Shown here: positions 48,422-57,386 of the stretch, piece after piece
Numbering within the stretch: position 1 is the first letter of the stretch
How the letters are laid out: each line of letters begins with the position of its first letter
Virus record (IMG/VR): IMGVR_UViG_3300021079_000006
Coordinates: 1 to 64,000 of that record
Source of the DNA: an uncultured virus (IMG/VR IMGVR_UViG_3300021079_000006)
Taxonomy: Duplodnaviria > Heunggongvirae > Uroviricota > Caudoviricetes
DNA length: 64,000 bases
Reading direction: 5' to 3' (one strand)
Notes under the pieces: model-generated
The model's database searches: none
What the model was told of the DNA's origin: nothing
Seen by the model: the letters and a program-made list of their open reading frames with translations, nothing else
Position numbers and translations under genes: made by a program

Positions 48422-48724
48422 TCACGGACGAAGGATGATGCGGCCATTGCTGCGACCCAGTGGCTGTACGAACAGTCCCGTGGCATCCCGGCGGACCCGA
48501 AGACGCTGTGTCTGGCCGAGCAGCCAGCCGGGGTTGGCCGTGGGACCGCTGCCTGTGGGCTGTGTGCGCTTGAAGACAGCGAACGTCTTGGAGACGGCCA
48601 CGCACAGGAACGTCAAGTCAGGCATGACTGCGGCCTCGGCGTTGTTCTGCTCGTCGTAGGGGCGCAGTCCGTAGTTAGTCAGTGAGTTGGTGTAGGTGTT
48701 ACCCTCGGTGAAGTAAGTTGCCAT
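48422..48724 (-). CDS. Hypothetical protein
   Basis: ORF with an A/C-rich leader between terS and the nuclease. Confidence 0.5.
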   Translation of the reverse strand: MATYFTEGNTYTNSLTNYGLRPYDEQNNAEAAVMPDLTFLCVAVSKTFAVFKRTQPTGSGPTANPGWLLGQTQRLRVRRDATGLFVQPLGRSNGRIILRP

Positions 48725-48838
48725 AATAGGTGTAGGTTGCTGATTGGTTGATGTTTACGAGCTAAAAGCAGTGGGGTTTTCCACTCCATATGACTTATGT
48801 TGTACGGGGTTATGGGTAAGTTGTTGAGTTTTAGATGC

Positions 48839-49387
48839 TTACAAGGGTGCTGTTGTAGCGTGCTTTAGAACCTCGTCTAACCCGGGCTGATTCATCGGTG
48901 CAGACTGATACATCAGCTCTGCTGCCTCAGGGGCGACAATGACGGCCTCCATCCATTCCCGGGGTGGGTTGGGATGGTTGCGATGGTAGACCTCGAAGGT
49001 CAGCTTAATGTCACCACCAGTGTCCAGCGTCACATTGTCAGCCAGTTCCCCAGCGAGCTTAGCGTCGGCCATCAGAGCGCCCAGACGGTCAAAGGTCGCC
49101 TCGATCTTCCCGTCGGTCTTCTTGACGACCCGGGTTGGCACGGTCCCCTCGATCATTTGCCGCAGCAGGTCCCGCTTGTTGTCGATGGCCATGAGGGACC
49201 GACAGTTGACCTCGGTCTGGATTTCCGCGATGCGGGCCTTGATGTCAACCTTCTTGTAGAGCTGGTAGCCGATCTGCCCGGGATTGTTGGCATGCGGGGC
49301 AAGCTGGGTGTAAGCCGACTTGCGGTCCAGTCCTTCGGCGACAAGCCAGCAGAATCGCTCGTGCAGTCTGTTGGTCAAACGAGGCAT
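48839..49387 (-). CDS. terS: Terminase small subunit
   Basis: L...HERFC...G.....AY..., IKARIAEI helix-turn-helix pattern, upstream of terL. Confidence 0.7.
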   Translation of the reverse strand: MPRLTNRLHERFCWLVAEGLDRKSAYTQLAPHANNPGQIGYQLYKKVDIKARIAEIQTEVNCRSLMAIDNKRDLLRQMIEGTVPTRVVKKTDGKIEATFDRLGALMADAKLAGELADNVTLDTGGDIKLTFEVYHRNHPNPPREWMEAVIVAPEAAELMYQSAPMNQPGLDEVLKHATTAPL

Positions 49388-49547
49388 GATCAGCGGGTTA
49401 GAACAGAGACGGCAGAAAAGGGGGCGCGACCCACAGTGTTGGAGTTTGTTGTCATTGTAGTGCTTTTGGGTTGGATAATGCCTGTTTACATCATTGAGGT
49501 CAAACGGATGATTTTGGGCGTTGTAGTCAGAATTGTTAAAATATACG

Positions 49548-49588
49548 AAAAAACCGTCAAACCACTTGATTTGGCTTGACGGTTTTGA
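49548..49588. terminator. Inverted repeat, probably a bidirectional terminator ending the early region
   Basis: AAAACCGTCAA...TTGACGGTTTT with A/T tracts. Confidence 0.6.
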
Positions 49589-49906
49589 TTACCCTTATTT
49601 CCGACAGGCTATCGATGGACTGAGGATAGAGCGGCGGCTAAGGCGGCTGCGACGGGATTGATGGGTGCGACCTTATGACCTTGGGTTTGCTTGTAGCTGG
49701 CGGCTGATCGATTGATGTTTTCGACCCGATGAATAGCCTTGATGGCCTTAGCAGCCTCAGCCTGCTGGTGTTTAGCGATGACGACTGGCGGCGATTCGTG
49801 GGTGAGGTCGCCGTTGGTTAGCTCTTCGTAGACTGGGCAGATGTCCCGGTGGAAGTCGGTTAGTTCAGCCCCGCAGGAACAGGCGACGGTGCGGTTGTGG
49901 AATCGT

Positions 49907-50251
49907 TTACTCATAACATTGCTTGGATTTTTCTGCATCCTCCCATTTACCCAACGCCCGCAGGAAAGCCTCTGCACGTTGGCGGGCGGTGGCATTCCAG
50001 ACGTACCGCGATGCTGGATGATTTTCTAAACGCTCGCGCAGGTGTTTTCTGATGAAAACACATTGTTCATCCGTCAGCACCTTCTCCGCCTCATGCATGG
50101 CGTTGAGGTCGTTACAGTAGTCCTCAATTCCAGTCCGGCCCCCGTCGTGCGTTTTCGAATTAACCCCCATCAACCCAAACTCTGGGTGCTCAATGATGTC
50201 AGTCCACCCGCACGCCTCGGCTATCGCCGTGTTGATCTGTTGGTCGTTCAT
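49907..50251 (-). CDS. Conserved phage hypothetical protein
   Basis: IN.AIAE..GW, YCNDLNAMHEAE, ATARQRAEAFL; start taken at MNDQQ. Confidence 0.65.
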   Translation of the reverse strand: MNDQQINTAIAEACGWTDIIEHPEFGLMGVNSKTHDGGRTGIEDYCNDLNAMHEAEKVLTDEQCVFIRKHLRERLENHPASRYVWNATARQRAEAFLRALGKWEDAEKSKQCYE

Positions 50252-50574
50252 TTCCCCTCCTTTGCTGCCGCGATAAGTTCGTCCGCTTCGTCTAATGCCA
50301 TATCTGCCCCGTAGCACCAATCTTGCGCCAAGAACATCGCCGCAATCTCCAGCCGCGAGGGTTCTGGGCGGGTGTGCGCGGTCTCTGCAAGGGCTTTCTC
50401 AAGCTTTTCCAGTTCGTGTCCTCTGCTGACTCGCCGGGCGTTTGCTTGGCCCTCGAGCAGCTCGGCCCGCTCGGAGTCGACGATGACTGTGACGTGGGGG
50501 TGACGGTTGTCTGCGAGCCACTGCATGAGTGGCATGGCTGCTTCCCGGAAGGCCTTGAATTCTTGTTCGATCAT
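50248..50574 (-). CDS. Hypothetical protein
   Basis: HPHVTVIV..AELLEG plus an SRLEIAA..AD.L segment. Confidence 0.55.
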   Translation of the reverse strand: MIEQEFKAFREAAMPLMQWLADNRHPHVTVIVDSERAELLEGQANARRVSRGHELEKLEKALAETAHTRPEPSRLEIAAMFLAQDWCYGADMALDEADELIAAAKEGK

Positions 50575-50704
50575 GGTGTTTTGGTTTGATGAATGATTGT
50601 GATGTTTTAGAGTGACGGCCTAACCAAACGCTGGGCGGCGTTGGTGACGTGGACAGGAAAGCCCCGGCCCGTCATGTGACGGTGTCCGGGGCAATCTGTT
50701 GTGG

Positions 50705-51250
50705 TTATATGGTTGCGGCCATGCGTGCGCCGATATCTTTGGCCCGTTTGATGATGAGGTCGATGTCGTCTTTGTGGCCTGCGAGCAGCCTGTTGGCTGA
50801 TATGAGGTCTGCCCGGAGTAGGAGGCTATTGAGCACCGTGTTGGCGTGGAGCTCGGCTTTGGATAGCATGGGCATGACTGGTTGCGCTGGCTGTTTGCGG
50901 TATGGAGGCGCAAAACTTCTAAGTTGATGTTGGTCATGCAAGGCTTCGGCCATTCTTACTGTGGCCTGCTCGCATTCATGCTTCCACTTGTCGCGATCTT
51001 CCCGGGTCTTCTCAAGCTCGGCATTCGTTTTGACGCAAGATTGTTTCCATTCATCCCGGGCTGATTTCAGAGCTTCGATCTGAATATCCCGGAAGGTGAC
51101 CTTGCTTTGCAGTTCGCTGATACGCTGGGCGACTATAGGCTTGGGTTCTTGTTTAAGCTTTTCCAGCTCGGTCATTACTTTCCCGTGTTCAGCCTGCCAC
51201 CAGTCCCGGTTATCGATGATTTCCTGTATGTCTTTAATGGTCTGGTTCAT
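50705..51250 (-). CDS. Coiled-coil hypothetical protein
   Basis: Heptad pattern; start taken at MNQTIK. Confidence 0.55.
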   Translation of the reverse strand: MNQTIKDIQEIIDNRDWWQAEHGKVMTELEKLKQEPKPIVAQRISELQSKVTFRDIQIEALKSARDEWKQSCVKTNAELEKTREDRDKWKHECEQATVRMAEALHDQHQLRSFAPPYRKQPAQPVMPMLSKAELHANTVLNSLLLRADLISANRLLAGHKDDIDLIIKRAKDIGARMAATI

Positions 51251-51690
51251 AATGTTTTGATGGCTTGATCTACTAATATGTCGATGATTTCTCCTGCGAG
51301 TTGTTTTGCTGTTGTTTTTTCTGCTCCGGAATCTGAAATGAATCCGATGAATTGCTTTTGATTGTGAGCGAGAAACGAGATGAGTAGGTCTAGGTGTAAC
51401 CAATTGAGCTGATCACTGTAGTGTAGCAAAAACGCGGGGGTGCGTTCGCCAACGTGGGCTCCCGCGATGTTGAAGTCGAAGAATTCCTCCGCGTCTTCAA
51501 GGTCTACCCCTGCGCCTTCCTTGATGCCTTGTATGGTGCGTTCTTGGTCGTACACCGCAATGGCAGTGTGGTTAATGAATGCAACTCCGACGAACGCATG
51601 ATCATGGCCGTCCGCGAACAGAATGGGCTCTTCTGGGGCGGCAGCCTCGCACCATTGCTCAATGTTCCTTCTCTGAGCGCAAGATGGCAT
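51247..51690 (-). CDS. Conserved acidic phage protein
   Basis: ADG.D.AFVG, AVYD, DAEEFFDFNI.GA.VGE.TP; start uncertain. Confidence 0.6.
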   Translation of the reverse strand: MPSCAQRRNIEQWCEAAAPEEPILFADGHDHAFVGVAFINHTAIAVYDQERTIQGIKEGAGVDLEDAEEFFDFNIAGAHVGERTPAFLLHYSDQLNWLHLDLLISFLAHNQKQFIGFISDSGAEKTTAKQLAGEIIDILVDQAIKTL

Positions 51691-51845
51691 TAACGGCCTC
51701 GAGAGCTTTTTGGCCTTCTGTGTACGGGCTCCAACCTGAGGCTTGGAGGATGCCTTGGATGTTGATGGCTGCGGCTTTCCAGAGGTCTCTGGAATAGGTG
51801 AGACCGTCGATTTTGGCTTTAAGGGCTTGGATGGTTTTTTCATGG

Positions 51846-52232
51846 CTATTCTTCATCGGTTTCTATGCTGTTGCTTTTAAGGTATTCCAGATCTGGAAAA
51901 TAGGAGTCAACTTGTGATTTTTTGAGGACAAATACGCCCCTGAGATCCGGGTGATCCCGGAGAATAAAGCGGACGTACACGGCTGCGAGCGGATCGCTTA
52001 TCTTGAAGCCCTCGGTCTTGACGGTCTCGACGTTAATCTTCCATCGTAAGACTTCAAACAACATGTTGATGCCGATGTTTCTCTGTCCTGACCGTGAGAC
52101 CTCGTAGGCCATGTTTACCAAGAGGGGCATGACATGAGGATTGGCCTTGTGATAAACGTGAAACCGCTCCCACAGGGTTTTCTTCAGCTTCTTTGGCTTC
52201 TCATCGAAGTCAAACTCGGGATGCTCATTCAT
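51846..52232 (-). CDS. Conserved phage hypothetical protein
   Basis: FH..NPHV, LFEVLRW, FKI...YVR. Confidence 0.6.
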   Translation of the reverse strand: MNEHPEFDFDEKPKKLKKTLWERFHVYHKANPHVMPLLVNMAYEVSRSGQRNIGINMLFEVLRWKINVETVKTEGFKISDPLAAVYVRFILRDHPDLRGVFVLKKSQVDSYFPDLEYLKSNSIETDEE

Positions 52233-52542
52233 GTTCTATTTGTTTAAAGAAAATGAGGTTGCGAACCGCATGAACAAATTCCACGTCGCCAAAGTAAATA
52301 TCAAAGACGGCCAGCCAATGCTGTTCATCCACTGATGCCTGCCCGGTTTCCCCTTTCTTTTTAATTTGGGCAAGCGAATCACAGAACGCTGCTATCATTA
52401 GGTTTGCAGCTCTATATGAACTGATTTCTCCTTTGATCGGAAAAGCGCCGATAGAAGTGCCGAGGCCAGTGATCTTCTGCCCAATGATTACCAATGCCTC
52501 GCTGGCGTTTTTTGGAACTTCAAATATGTGTCGTTCGTTCAT
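52225..52542 (-). CDS. Hypothetical protein
   Basis: Coupled ORF; start taken at MNERH. Confidence 0.5.
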   Translation of the reverse strand: MNERHIFEVPKNASEALVIIGQKITGLGTSIGAFPIKGEISSYRAANLMIAAFCDSLAQIKKKGETGQASVDEQHWLAVFDIYFGDVEFVHAVRNLIFFKQIEHE

Positions 52543-52793
52543 AGCTTTCCTGCTTTGCAAAGGTTGAGTGTTTCGAGCCATTCAAGGCACTTGTTCCCGC
52601 TGTGCTGCACGACTGTTGGCCGGGCGGCATCGCAAAGCGCCGTGAGCGCCTTGACTGTGGCTTTTAAACGCCGAATCTCGGCCTCGGCCAATTCGAGGGC
52701 GTGGTCTTCATCCATGATGGGAGGTGGCTCGCCTTGACCGTATCCAGACCACTCTACGTGGCGGACAAATGTGGGATCGTTTTTGCTTCTCAT
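52539..52793 (-). CDS. Hypothetical protein
   Basis: Coupled ORF. Confidence 0.5.
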   Translation of the reverse strand: MRSKNDPTFVRHVEWSGYGQGEPPPIMDEDHALELAEAEIRRLKATVKALTALCDAARPTVVQHSGNKCLEWLETLNLCKAGKL

Positions 52794-52794
52794 G

Positions 52795-53250
52795 TTAAGC
52801 TAGTTTGATGATGGTTTCTGCAACCGCGTCTAAAGTCCCAGCTTTTTTAAGAACAGAAATGCGTTCGCATAATTCCACGAACTCTCGCAATCTCGCAATT
52901 TCTCGGTCGTGTTCAGCGCCAACAAAAAAAGTGCGAATGTCCTGAAGTTCTTTTTTAATAGTATTAATTTCAGCAACGTAGGCTATTTTAAACCCCTTGA
53001 TTGCAGAGATGTTGTTTTTCATGTTTTCCCGGTGGCGATCCATGTCACCGCCTATGCCTCTGTACAGTTCGTCAATGATTGATCGTGCGTCCTGAGCTGC
53101 CAGCACCATAGGTCTGGTTTCTCTTGGCATTTTCCCTATCTGCTCCGCGATTAAGACAGCTAAGTCGTCGAAGGAATAGCATTCCTCGCCTCTGAACATT
53201 TGCGTTCTGATTTTGCTGTCGCTGTCTGTGCTGCTTTTGATTTCGGACAT
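52795..53250 (-). CDS. Helical hypothetical protein
   Basis: 151-aa ORF with an AT-rich leader. Confidence 0.6.
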   Translation of the reverse strand: MSEIKSSTDSDSKIRTQMFRGEECYSFDDLAVLIAEQIGKMPRETRPMVLAAQDARSIIDELYRGIGGDMDRHRENMKNNISAIKGFKIAYVAEINTIKKELQDIRTFFVGAEHDREIARLREFVELCERISVLKKAGTLDAVAETIIKLA

Positions 53251-53271
53251 AATTTATCTATTTATTTTTAG

Positions 53272-53607
53272 TTACAGGCTTTTGATTTTGAACACTCTCG
53301 CCAACACTTCCCTGCTGGTCTGCGGGATGGATAGCGTCGTGGGGCCTTCGTCCGGGGTGTTGTAGCTGACGACCTCTACGCCGTTCTGAAGCAGCACAGC
53401 AATAGCCTGACGCTCAAAGTCGCAGATGTTTGTGTCGTATGGGATTGTCAGGCTGCGCCCCCGGGCTCGGTAACTAAGTTTGACCCGGTCGCCACGCTTG
53501 GCTGTGGATGGCAGGTAACGCACTTCGATTTCGTCGTGCTTAGGTGTTTTGGAAGCGACCTGTATTGTGAGTTCGCCTGTTGTTTTGGTGTTTATGGCTT
53601 CTAGCAT
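53272..53607 (-). CDS. Early hypothetical protein
   Basis: IEVRYLP.T..RG.RVK...TIPYD pattern common in phage early genes. Confidence 0.6.
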   Translation of the reverse strand: MLEAINTKTTGELTIQVASKTPKHDEIEVRYLPSTAKRGDRVKLSYRARGRSLTIPYDTNICDFERQAIAVLLQNGVEVVSYNTPDEGPTTLSIPQTSREVLARVFKIKSL

Positions 53608-53701
53608 ATATATGTGTTTGGTTTAATGGGGCTTGATTGCCCCCTGCTACCTACGGTTTGTGCCCGGGGACAGAAACCGTAGGCAGACGGGGACACTCAC
53701 G

Positions 53702-53947
53702 CTAGTTTAGCGACATGATGACGGTTGGCGCACAGCCCTCTGGAACGTCTTCCAGAACTTCACGAACGGCCCGGAGGTGAGCTTTGATGGCACTTTCCTT
53801 GTTCCCGGTGTAGACGGCCTCGCCAATCTGGTCGCAATTGGAATTTTTGATCTGCGTGAGGTAACTGCGCTCTTGTCGAAGATACCAAGTTTCGACGAAC
53901 CGGGCGTCGTGGGCAGGCGTGGCCTTGATGTAGTCGTGGAGGTGCAT
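53702..53947 (-). CDS. Early hypothetical protein
   Basis: ORF downstream of a promoter-like site. Confidence 0.5.
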   Translation of the reverse strand: MHLHDYIKATPAHDARFVETWYLRQERSYLTQIKNSNCDQIGEAVYTGNKESAIKAHLRAVREVLEDVPEGCAPTVIMSLN

Positions 53948-54034
53948 TAGGCGAGGGAAGCTGTGATGTCTTTGGTTGGGATGTCCCAGAGCGCACTGGC
54001 GTCGATGTATGGTTGAAATTGACTGACAGGTGAA

Positions 54035-54063
54035 GCGATACCCGAATCAAATTTCCCGGGCAA
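54035..54063 (-). promoter_or_regulatory. Promoter-like TTGCCC-17-TATCGC
   Basis: Follows a terminator, has an A-rich upstream element; similar elements near 54975-55005 and 61068-61096. Confidence 0.35.
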
Positions 54064-54087
54064 GCAATTTTGTAAAAACAATTCAAA

Positions 54088-54128
54088 CAAAGCCGCAAGC
54101 TGCTGTTTTGTAGCAACTTGCGGCTTGT
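54088..54128 (-). terminator. Intrinsic terminator-like hairpin
   Basis: AAGCCGCAAGTTGCT...AGCAGCTTGCGGCTT followed by a T-rich tract. Confidence 0.6.
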
Positions 54129-54136
54129 TGTTTTTT

Positions 54137-54403
54137 TTAAAATAAAACTGTTTTTGTGGCTATAGCGACCCGTTCGTACACATCGTCGTCCGAGTACGCC
54201 TGAAATACTATCCCGCCTCCGTACTGCTTGTTGTGGAAGCGTTTACCTCCAAGTTTGCGGGCTTTCTTTAGCGCAAACTCGTACAAGTCTACAAGAGTAA
54301 GCGCGGAGCGTTCTTCGGGCGTAATGAATGCGAGGAAATGGATGACCCGGCGCGGGTTGCCATTAATGTCGTTCTTGATGCGAGTGATGCTGTAGTCGTT
54401 CAT
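54137..54403 (-). CDS. Early phage protein
   Basis: D.NGNPR.V.HF, GGKRFHNKQYGGGIVFQ; start taken at MNDYS. Confidence 0.65.
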   Translation of the reverse strand: MNDYSITRIKNDINGNPRRVIHFLAFITPEERSALTLVDLYEFALKKARKLGGKRFHNKQYGGGIVFQAYSDDDVYERVAIATKTVLF

Positions 54404-54410
54404 AAAATAA

Positions 54411-54929
54411 TTAAGCCAAAAGTTCTGATGCGTAGCCTCCAAAGTATTTTCCTCGGGCGTTGCCAAGCAGGTCGGCAAAGTTATCAAACTCAAATTGGGA
54501 GGGATTATCCCGAATGTATTTGATGCGTTCTGATGCCGAATAGCAGTCCGCCCAAACCCTGTGCGCCTCTTCATACTCGCGCCGGGACAAGTCCTCGTCA
54601 TCAAGCACGGGGTAGTCCTCGAGGGACAGGTGGATATCAAGAGCGATCTCGTAATCGGTCGTCCCTTCCCGGACTGCGAGGTACTCGATCCAGCCACAGG
54701 CCCAGTGCCCGATGCGGACAACCTCTACGTTCTCGCCCTCACCTCCGAGTTGCTCGAGGGCTACCTCGAAGTTGGAGTTTGCGAGCAGGTCAGAGTCACG
54801 GTTGCGGGCGACCACAACGCCCCATCCATCGTCCGGGAGTTGCCCGGCATAGTTGGACAGCGAATCGAGGCCAGTAGGGCTAGAAACAGCCTTTCTGAGC
54901 GAAGGCAGGGAGAATTCAGTTTTGTTCAT
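54411..54929 (-). CDS. Acidic early phage protein
   Basis: RDSD.L..SNF, GHWACGW.E, L.DYPVLD. Confidence 0.7.
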   Translation of the reverse strand: MNKTEFSLPSLRKAVSSPTGLDSLSNYAGQLPDDGWGVVVARNRDSDLLANSNFEVALEQLGGEGENVEVVRIGHWACGWIEYLAVREGTTDYEIALDIHLSLEDYPVLDDEDLSRREYEEAHRVWADCYSASERIKYIRDNPSQFEFDNFADLLGNARGKYFGGYASELLA

Positions 54930-55114
54930 AAATGTACAGTGTTTGAGTTAGATGGTTGCTTGCTGACTGAGGACATCCAACCATACCACTCGTTGTCTGG
55001 CAACTTAATTTGCATTCTTTTTTTAAGCTGCCCGCAAGTGACGCAAGCCCAGCGTTTTACGGAACAAAAAAAAGCACCAACGAACTTAACCGTTGGCGTT
55101 TTTTTACATTTTCA

Positions 55115-55282
55115 TCACCAGTTTTTGTCCTCTGGCTCGCCATCTGGCTCAAATATCTCTCCGCAATCTAAGCATTTGGCTGAATCTGTGCCGTTTGGGA
55201 CGACAACGCCGTTGCATTTAGGGCATTCTGATTCTTCTTCGTCTCGGTCGTCGAAATCTCCCGGAAATCCTGTGCAAGTCAT
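55115..55282 (-). CDS. Small acidic zinc-ribbon protein (55 aa, not in the ORF track)
   Basis: MTCTGFPGDFDD...CPKC...CLDCGE; ATGA overlap with the upstream gene. Confidence 0.55.
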   Translation of the reverse strand: MTCTGFPGDFDDRDEEESECPKCNGVVVPNGTDSAKCLDCGEIFEPDGEPEDKNW

Positions 55283-55575
55283 TGTTTTTGTTTGGTTAAG
55301 AATTCGAGTTTCACTTGCAATACGGCTCTCGCCTTTGCCGACGCCAACTGAAGGCGCTGGTAGTCGATTAGCCTGACAACACGGCCAACAAGGGAATCTT
55401 CAAGGTGCATTGGCTCATACACTTCCAGATCGTCGCACCCTTTTTCAATTGCATCAAATTCCTTTAACATCTTTGCTACCTTTTCTTTAAGGGCGTCACG
55501 TTCAATCCGCAGCAACGTAAACTGCTGGGATTCCGAGAGGATAATTCGTTCGTCTGTTTGTATTGTGTTTTCCAT
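55279..55575 (-). CDS. Hypothetical coiled-coil protein
   Basis: Start taken at MENTIQ, coupled to the DnaC-like gene stop. Confidence 0.55.
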   Translation of the reverse strand: MENTIQTDERIILSESQQFTLLRIERDALKEKVAKMLKEFDAIEKGCDDLEVYEPMHLEDSLVGRVVRLIDYQRLQLASAKARAVLQVKLEFLTKQKQ

Positions 55576-55576
55576 G

Positions 55577-56242
55577 TTAAACTGTTCTGTATGAGGGCCA
55601 ATCGCACACTGCAACGCCCCCGGTTTCAAGTATGCGGCTAGATATGCTTTCGCCAACGGATTGAAGAAATGTTTCCTTGGTCTGATTTGAGATAAGGAGC
55701 GTATCTCTTTCGGACTGATAGCGTCTATCGATTAGGTGGGTAAGTAGGCGATCCTCCCAAGCTGTTTCTCCTCGTTCCTGCATTTCGTCGAGCACCAAGT
55801 AGGCGGGGGCGCAGTAACGCTCGATCACATCTTTCTCAGATCCGCCCTTGTCCCTAAAGGACTCTTTGATGTCTATAAAGAACCCCATCGCCGTTGCGTA
55901 CAATGGGCGTTTCCCGGCGTTTGCAATCATCTTGGCTATCTGCACCGCCATTTGAGTCTTCCCGGTGCCCCTGCGCCCTACCAGCGCAATAATGAATCCA
56001 GTGCCAAGTCGCTTCTCCACCCGAGCCTGAACTTTCAGCCAATGCCCCCCTTGCAGGTCAACGGAAGTAACATTGCGGTGCCGTGGCGGGATGTTCGCTT
56101 TCGCGAGGTACTCGATGCCCTTTTCACGGAGCATCCGAGTCTCCTGCTCTTTCTCGCGTTGCTGGATCTCGTCCTTAGACAAGGTCAGGAACCTCGATTG
56201 TTTCAACAAACTCTCTGCTACGTTTTTCGCTTCGGTGATCAT
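55577..56242 (-). CDS. DnaC/IstB-like AAA+ helicase loader
   Basis: GRRGTGKT, LVLDE, LIDRRY, ISN, I.SRI. Confidence 0.9.
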   Translation of the reverse strand: MITEAKNVAESLLKQSRFLTLSKDEIQQREKEQETRMLREKGIEYLAKANIPPRHRNVTSVDLQGGHWLKVQARVEKRLGTGFIIALVGRRGTGKTQMAVQIAKMIANAGKRPLYATAMGFFIDIKESFRDKGGSEKDVIERYCAPAYLVLDEMQERGETAWEDRLLTHLIDRRYQSERDTLLISNQTKETFLQSVGESISSRILETGGVAVCDWPSYRTV

Positions 56243-56969
56243 GGTTGATTTTTGACTTTTCCTGCTGTTCGTAAAACTGACTGTACCCGGCTGCCATTGC
56301 CGCCCTGAGCGCTGGAATGGCTTTCTCTAGCCCTAGATCCTCGGCTCTCAGCAAAGCATTGCGAAGTGCCGTTGGGGTCATGGGCTTTTTGATCTCGACT
56401 CTGTGCTGCTGAAATTCCGCAAAAACAGATTTAAATTCAACAGTATCGAACCCCGCAGGGTAATCAATTTCCCCCGCAGGGGGATTAAGGGGGGTGCTCT
56501 TTAATTTGGTTCTTGGTTTATGGTTCTTGGTTCTTGGTTCTTGGTTCTTGGTTGGTATACCAGTGTCCGTATACGGCGACTGGTATACCGTGGGTATGTT
56601 TTCTGATACCGTCGGTATGTTTTCCGATACCGCCGGTATACCGTCGGTATTTTTAGACCACCGCTTGGAAACTCTGGCCCTCTGTTGTTCTGAGAGTGAT
56701 TGATACTTTTCCAGCTCTTTGTCGGCTCGCTTATGCGACCAAACGCCGTTGCAGTGAGAAAAGAACTCCCGCAAAACTCGTTCCACGGCTTCGCGTTCGT
56801 CCTGTGCCCGGGCGGACAGCTTTCGGATCAGGTCGTCAACAGTGAGTTGAAGCGGTCCGTTGTTAAGGTAGTAGAGATCGAGCAGGCGGCTGTAAACGCC
56901 GTGCTCAAGTAGGGACAGGTGACCTGTGTCACGCAGGTAGTCCCCAATGTGTCGAGGGTAATGGTTCAT
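56175..56969 (-). CDS. Replication initiator with N-terminal DUF1376/YdaU-like domain
   Basis: YPRHIGDYL.DT.HLS..EHG.Y..LLD.YY, HKR, internal iteron-coded repeats; start taken at MNHYP. Confidence 0.8.
   Translation of the reverse strand: MNHYPRHIGDYLRDTGHLSLLEHGVYSRLLDLYYLNNGPLQLTVDDLIRKLSARAQDEREAVERVLREFFSHCNGVWSHKRADKELEKYQSLSEQQRARVSKRWSKNTDGIPAVSENIPTVSENIPTVYQSPYTDTGIPTKNQEPRTKNHKPRTKLKSTPLNPPAGEIDYPAGFDTVEFKSVFAEFQQHRVEIKKPMTPTALRNALLRAEDLGLEKAIPALRAAMAAGYSQFYEQQEKSKINHDHRSEKRSREFVETIEVPDLV
56505..56652. repeat. Iteron-like repeats / probable replication origin inside the initiator gene
   Basis: Tandem GGTTCTT heptamers plus several GGTATACC / ATACCG..GGTAT units. Confidence 0.65.
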
Positions 56970-57384
56970 CGATTGAATAAATTGATAGATTGATGGATGG
57001 GGACTCCCCCTTGGCAGCGTAGACCTTTTCAACGGTCGCCCGGACGATCTGCCCGTCGTCCTCCCAAAAGCCCTCCAAGGCATCTTGCGTGCCTTTGCAG
57101 AGGTTGTCCCAGTCGGGGCGAGCGTCCATCCACATGCGCCCCTCTGGGTCTTTTTTCCGCTGTAGCCGCTGCGGGCGGGCCATCACAAATAACACTTCAA
57201 TTCCCATCGGCCCGGTGATGGCGGCTACGGGCCGATGTTGGTTTGCAAACAGGCGTATCGCGTCCAGATACCTCGTCGTGCGCTTGTCCTTGAAGAAGAC
57301 TGGCTTGCCTCCTTTAATAAACATTCGCTTGCCCCCGGTCTGAACTGGGATGGCCTCAACGGGTATCTGGAACGTGACCCTCAT
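56929..57384 (-). CDS. rusA: RusA-family Holliday junction resolvase
   Basis: RPDWDNLCKGTQDAL....DDGQIV. Confidence 0.9.
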   Translation of the reverse strand: MRVTFQIPVEAIPVQTGGKRMFIKGGKPVFFKDKRTTRYLDAIRLFANQHRPVAAITGPMGIEVLFVMARPQRLQRKKDPEGRMWMDARPDWDNLCKGTQDALEGFWEDDGQIVRATVEKVYAAKGESPSINLSIYSIDEPLPSTHWGLPA

Positions 57385-57386
57385 GC

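Noticed and set aside
48778..48806. dif-like XerCD site (TTATGTTG)
   Set aside because: Only a partial XerD-like arm is present; there is no XerC arm at 6-bp spacing.
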